Positions 60,165-64,000 of a DNA stretch of 64,000 nt are shown in pieces (within the stretch, counting starts at the first letter, position 1; every line of letters starts with the position of its first letter). The notes beneath the pieces are model-generated. The model did not search any database. It was not told the origin of the DNA and saw nothing but the letters and a program-made list of their open reading frames with translations. The translations under genes and the position numbers were made by a program. The DNA comes from Fimbriimonadales bacterium (lineage in GTDB: Bacteria > Armatimonadota > Fimbriimonadia > Fimbriimonadales > ATM1). Location: NCBI GenBank assembly GCA_041744215.1, contig JBGTLG010000039.1:64001-128000 (forward strand), given 5' to 3'.

Positions 60165-61393
60165 ACCTGACGCAGTCGTTCCTGATTGCGTTGGATATGT
60201 TACGCTTGCACAAGTTGCGGGCGTTTTTAACGATGCTGGGCGTCATCATCGGGGTGATGAGTGTCACGCTGATCGTGATGCTTTCAGAAGGCTTTAGGCA
60301 GTATCTGAATACGGAGTTTGGCAAGCTTGGGGCCGACACGATCATCATCATGTACGACCCGGGCCGGAGGATGCGGGGCCAAACGACCGGTGGTGTCGAT
60401 GGGCTCAAGTTGTCCGACATTGATTACGTTCTTCAGAGATCAAAGACAGTTGACATCGCAAGCGGCTTCAACATGTATCCAGGTCAATCTGTCACTTATC
60501 TGGATCGAGAGGTTTCGGACTCAGAGATTAATGCGATCGATGGAAACTTTCTCGCGTTGAATCGCTTCAATGTCGCCGAGGGCCGGTTGATTACTGAGAA
60601 CGATGTTTTGTTTCGGAACAACGTCGTTCTCATCGGAGAAGAGATCAAGGATCGGCTCTTTCCTAATGAAGAGGCACTCGGCAAGATGGTCAATCTGCGA
60701 GGCATCACTCTTGAGGTTGTTGGGGTGTTGGAGACCATTGAGATACTTGGGCAATCATCCAAGAAGGACGTCATGGTTCCATTGTCGACCGTTCAGGACA
60801 AATGGATGGGCGGCGACAATCTGATGATGATCATGGTTCGTCCCAGGAGCGGCTACACCGTCGATCAGACGATGGATGAGGTGTGGCAGATCATGATGCA
60901 GAAGTCGAACAATCGGCCCATTTATCGTGTCGATTCGCGGCAGTCAATTCTAGAAGTGCTGGGGAGCGTCATTGGTGTCGCTGGAATCGTGTTAGGTGCA
61001 ATCGCCGCACTGTCACTACTTGTGGGAGGAATCGGGATCATGAACATCATGCTGGTCAGCGTCACGGAGCGGACGCGAGAGATTGGTTTACGAAAGGCAG
61101 TGGGCGCGAAGCGTGCCGCGGTTTTGACGCAGTTTCTTGTGGAATCCGCGGTTCTGTCCTTGACGGGGGGAGCACTTGGCATGGTGTTTGGATGGCTAAT
61201 CGGCCAAGCCGTGTCTGCGATAACCGCGTCCGCGAATCTCCTTGGACCGGGTCAGGGATTCGACGTCGCGTTTCCAATCTGGGCAGCGATGTTCGCCCTT
61301 GCGTTCTCGGCGTTGGTCGGGATCGTCTTCGGTATCTACCCGGCGTGGAGCGCATCCAGCCTCGATCCGATTGACGCTCTGAGGTCGGAATAG
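60161..61393 (+). CDS. MacB/FtsX-type ABC permease
   Basis: LRAFLTMLGVIIG, GGIGIMNIMLVSVTERTREIG, YPA..AS.LDPI.ALR. Confidence 0.92.
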   Translation: MNLTQSFLIALDMLRLHKLRAFLTMLGVIIGVMSVTLIVMLSEGFRQYLNTEFGKLGADTIIIMYDPGRRMRGQTTGGVDGLKLSDIDYVLQRSKTVDIASGFNMYPGQSVTYLDREVSDSEINAIDGNFLALNRFNVAEGRLITENDVLFRNNVVLIGEEIKDRLFPNEEALGKMVNLRGITLEVVGVLETIEILGQSSKKDVMVPLSTVQDKWMGGDNLMMIMVRPRSGYTVDQTMDEVWQIMMQKSNNRPIYRVDSRQSILEVLGSVIGVAGIVLGAIAALSLLVGGIGIMNIMLVSVTERTREIGLRKAVGAKRAAVLTQFLVESAVLSLTGGALGMVFGWLIGQAVSAITASANLLGPGQGFDVAFPIWAAMFALAFSALVGIVFGIYPAWSASSLDPIDALRSE

Positions 61394-61409
61394 ACCTCAG
61401 GGCCGCTTG

Positions 61410-61931
61410 TTAATACTCGATAAGCGCGCCGATATCGTAGCCTCGCAGCGCGTGCCGTCCGGGAAGGAAACTCAGCTCGACCATGAACGCGAAAATGGCG
61501 ACGTTCGCCCCGGACCTCTCTGTCAGTCTTGCGCAGGCAAGCGCAGTGCCTCCTGTTGCGAGCAGGTCATCGACCACCGCAACGCGGTCACCATTGCGCA
61601 ACGAATCCGAGTGCATCTCGATTGTATTCGTGCCGTACTCCAGCGAGTACTCCTCGGTTATTCGATCGTGCGGCAGCTTTCCTAACTTCCTCGCAACGAC
61701 AAGGGGAAGCTTCAGTTTTAGCGCGATGGGTGCGCCGAAAATGAAGCCGCGCGACTCGATGGCCATGATGATCGTTGGATCATATCGGGCGATCATGTCG
61801 GTCATCCGATCGACGACTTCTTGAAATGCCTCGGGATCCTGGAGGACCGGCGTTATGTCCTTGAAGAGGATTCCTGGTTTCGGAAAGTCGGGGACATCAC
61901 GGACGAGCGATGCGGCTTTGAGTTCTGACAT
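61410..61931 (-). CDS. apt: Adenine phosphoribosyltransferase
   Basis: PDFPKPGILFKDIT, ESRGF, RKLGKLP, YSLEYG, VDDLLATGGT. Confidence 0.96.
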   Translation of the reverse strand: MSELKAASLVRDVPDFPKPGILFKDITPVLQDPEAFQEVVDRMTDMIARYDPTIIMAIESRGFIFGAPIALKLKLPLVVARKLGKLPHDRITEEYSLEYGTNTIEMHSDSLRNGDRVAVVDDLLATGGTALACARLTERSGANVAIFAFMVELSFLPGRHALRGYDIGALIEY

Positions 61932-61977
61932 GCCGAACAAAATATACCACCGCTCGTTTCATGCAGAATGAGTTCCC

Positions 61978-63252
61978 GTGCCGTTCATGTCCCGCCTTCC
62001 AGCGCTCCGGTCTCGCAACTACAGGATCTTTCTTGCGGGCAACTTTGTGAGCCAGGCGGGAAACATGGCTCAGACGTGGGCGATCATGTGGCAGGTCAAG
62101 GAATTGACCGGAGATCCGCTCAGTGTCGGGGGCATTGCGCTGGCCAGAGTCGTACCGATGCTCCTGCTCAGTCTGTTCGGCGGCGTCGTCGCGGATCAGT
62201 TCGACAGGCGGCGGGTGCTCATCGGCGTACAGGTTTTGCTTGTCATTGTGAGCGCAATGTTGGCCTTCGCAACGATCACGGACTCGATACGGCTTTGGCA
62301 GATATACGCTTTAGTAGCCGTGTGGGGCGCGGTGCGGTCCTTTGACGGGCCATCGCGTGCCGCGATGGTTCCAACGCTAGTTCCGATCGAGCATCTCCCC
62401 AGCGCGATCAGTATCAACAGCATCGCTTGGCGTCTGAGCGACGTTATCGGTCCGTTGATCGTTACATTCGCGCTCTGGTTCGCTGGATTTAACATCGCAG
62501 GGATGGACGTGAGCGGCGTTGGCCTTGTGTATGTGCTCAACACAATGTCGTTCGCGCCTGTGTTGCTCGCACTTTTCCTGCTACCGCCTTGTCGGCCAGA
62601 TTGGTCGGACGGCGAGGACCGCAAGATCGGTCGCCTGAGCGAAGTCTTCCCTTTCCTAGGCGAAGGCATCAAGTTCGTGAAAAAAACTGCGATCGTTCGG
62701 AATTGCATGGTGCTGGACTTCTGGGCTACTTTCTTTTCCTCTGCGGATGCGTTGCTGCCGTTCGTCGTCGTAAACCTGCTCGCTGAGTCGAAGGAAGCAT
62801 ATGGATTACTGGCTGCTTCGATCGCCGTCGGCTCGCTGCTCGCTTCGCTTTTGATGGCGTTTCGAGTGGTCCCAGAACGACCGGGACGTGGGATCATTCT
62901 GTCTGTCGCCGCCTATGGGGTGCTGACGGTTCTGTTCGCGTTTAGTCCGTGGCTCATTGTGTCGATGGTGCTGCTAGCGGGTACTGGTGCCGCAGACACG
63001 ATCAGCACGATTCTGCGGCAGACAGTACGCCAGTTGGCTACGCCTGACCGGGTAAGGGGCAGAATGGCGGCGGTGGGAATGCTGTTTCAGATTGGCGGCC
63101 CCCAGTTGGGCGATTTCGAGGCCGGACTGGTCGCGAAGTTTACTGGTGAGAGGTTTGCGATCTCGCTTGGCGGGGTAGCCAGTTGCGGGGTGGCCTGGCT
63201 CTATTGGCGGGTGAAATCCCTGCGGGATTACCGAATTCCGGTCCCCGGCTAA
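61978..63252 (+). CDS. MFS transporter (MFS_3-like)
   Basis: GVVADQFDRRR motif A, ~12 TM, PDRVRGR. Confidence 0.9.
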   Translation: MPFMSRLPALRSRNYRIFLAGNFVSQAGNMAQTWAIMWQVKELTGDPLSVGGIALARVVPMLLLSLFGGVVADQFDRRRVLIGVQVLLVIVSAMLAFATITDSIRLWQIYALVAVWGAVRSFDGPSRAAMVPTLVPIEHLPSAISINSIAWRLSDVIGPLIVTFALWFAGFNIAGMDVSGVGLVYVLNTMSFAPVLLALFLLPPCRPDWSDGEDRKIGRLSEVFPFLGEGIKFVKKTAIVRNCMVLDFWATFFSSADALLPFVVVNLLAESKEAYGLLAASIAVGSLLASLLMAFRVVPERPGRGIILSVAAYGVLTVLFAFSPWLIVSMVLLAGTGAADTISTILRQTVRQLATPDRVRGRMAAVGMLFQIGGPQLGDFEAGLVAKFTGERFAISLGGVASCGVAWLYWRVKSLRDYRIPVPG

Positions 63253-63350
63253 GGAAAACTAGCAAGTTTCTTGAACGTTCGCAGTTCAAAACCCGACAAA
63301 TGCGTGTATATTGGTCGGTGGGCACTAAGCCCTACCTAGGTAAAAAACCG

Positions 63351-63905
63351 ATGTTTAACCTTCGCGCAGAACAAGCGGCGCTAGGGGACCCGCGAGCCGA
63401 AGAGGCTCAGCTCGTCCTCCGTACGCGCCATGGCGACGACGGTGCGCTCCGAGACCTCATAGAGCGACACCGGGTTCGGCTGATTCGAACCGCGGCCAAT
63501 ATCCTTCGAGATCCCATTGAGGCCGAAGATGTAGCCCAGGAGTCGTTTCTCAAGGCTTTTCGTGAACTTCACCGGCTTAGGGACGACCGAGCTTTCGGCA
63601 GTTTCATCTATCGGATTTGCGTCCGCCTTTGTGTGGATCGTCTGAGGTTGAAGCGTGCCGAGCCATCTCCGATGGAGCCTACCGACCGCGCCCCGACCGG
63701 ATCCATTGAAAACAAAATGCTCGTTGAGAAACTCTTGGCGAAACTCCCCCCCGAACTCCGTGCGACGCTGGTCCTTCGCGAGATGGAGCAGTTGAGCTAT
63801 GAAGAGGTCGCGCAGGTGATGCACATACCTGTCGGCACTGTTCGGTCGCGTCTTCACACGGCCAGGGAGCGTTTTCGCGCACTGTGGGTTGCTGCGAACG
63901 AGTAA
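63351..63905 (+). CDS. ECF-family RNA polymerase sigma factor
   Basis: AEDVAQESFLKA, SYEEVAQVMHIPVGTVRSRLH. Confidence 0.92.
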   Translation: MFNLRAEQAALGDPRAEEAQLVLRTRHGDDGALRDLIERHRVRLIRTAANILRDPIEAEDVAQESFLKAFRELHRLRDDRAFGSFIYRICVRLCVDRLRLKRAEPSPMEPTDRAPTGSIENKMLVEKLLAKLPPELRATLVLREMEQLSYEEVAQVMHIPVGTVRSRLHTARERFRALWVAANE

Positions 63906-63913
63906 GGATAAGC

Positions 63914-64000
63914 ATGCGACTGCGACGCGACTGTAAGAAGTTCCGCAAACTTCGGATCTCTTGGCAAGATGCCACTGTAGGTCCGGAGAATTTGCGACGC
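63914..64000 (+). CDS. Probable anti-sigma factor, N-terminal fragment (3' truncated)
   Basis: AAGGA RBS, ATG 8 nt after sigma stop, open frame MRLRRDCKKFRKL... to window end. Confidence 0.45.
   Translation, partial: MRLRRDCKKFRKLRISWQDATVGPENLRR

Overview
A gene-dense chromosomal segment of a diderm bacterium, about 57% GC by eye. Gene style suggests Armatimonadota/Fimbriimonadales, which is an inference. It carries mostly housekeeping genes: yidC, khpB/jag, recJ, mpg, ispG, glcD/E/F, gpsA, rpiB, mtnP, phoU, clpX-clpP-tig, an atp operon lacking atpD/atpC, acpS, purN, rnhB, lipB and apt. It also has tRNA-Gly(GCC), tRNA-Arg(CCG), two ECF sigma/anti-sigma loci and many secreted peptidase-like proteins. 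I saw no integrase, transposase, phage gene or CRISPR array. Main points: (1) a two-gene islet between tRNA-Gly and tig encodes a membrane-spanning LuxR-HTH regulator whose exported C-terminal domain is a gapless paralogue of the lipoprotein just downstream, a candidate undescribed one-component signalling module; (2) three envelope protease homologues from three families have substituted catalytic residues (an HtrA-like protein in an ECF operon, an S41 homologue coupled to an intact CtpA, a clostripain with Cys->Ser); (3) KhpB lacks the KH GxxG loop; (4) a candidate ~70-nt sRNA lies before ispG; (5) many genes look leaderless or short-leadered. Many start codons were re-chosen from the ORF track and are approximate.
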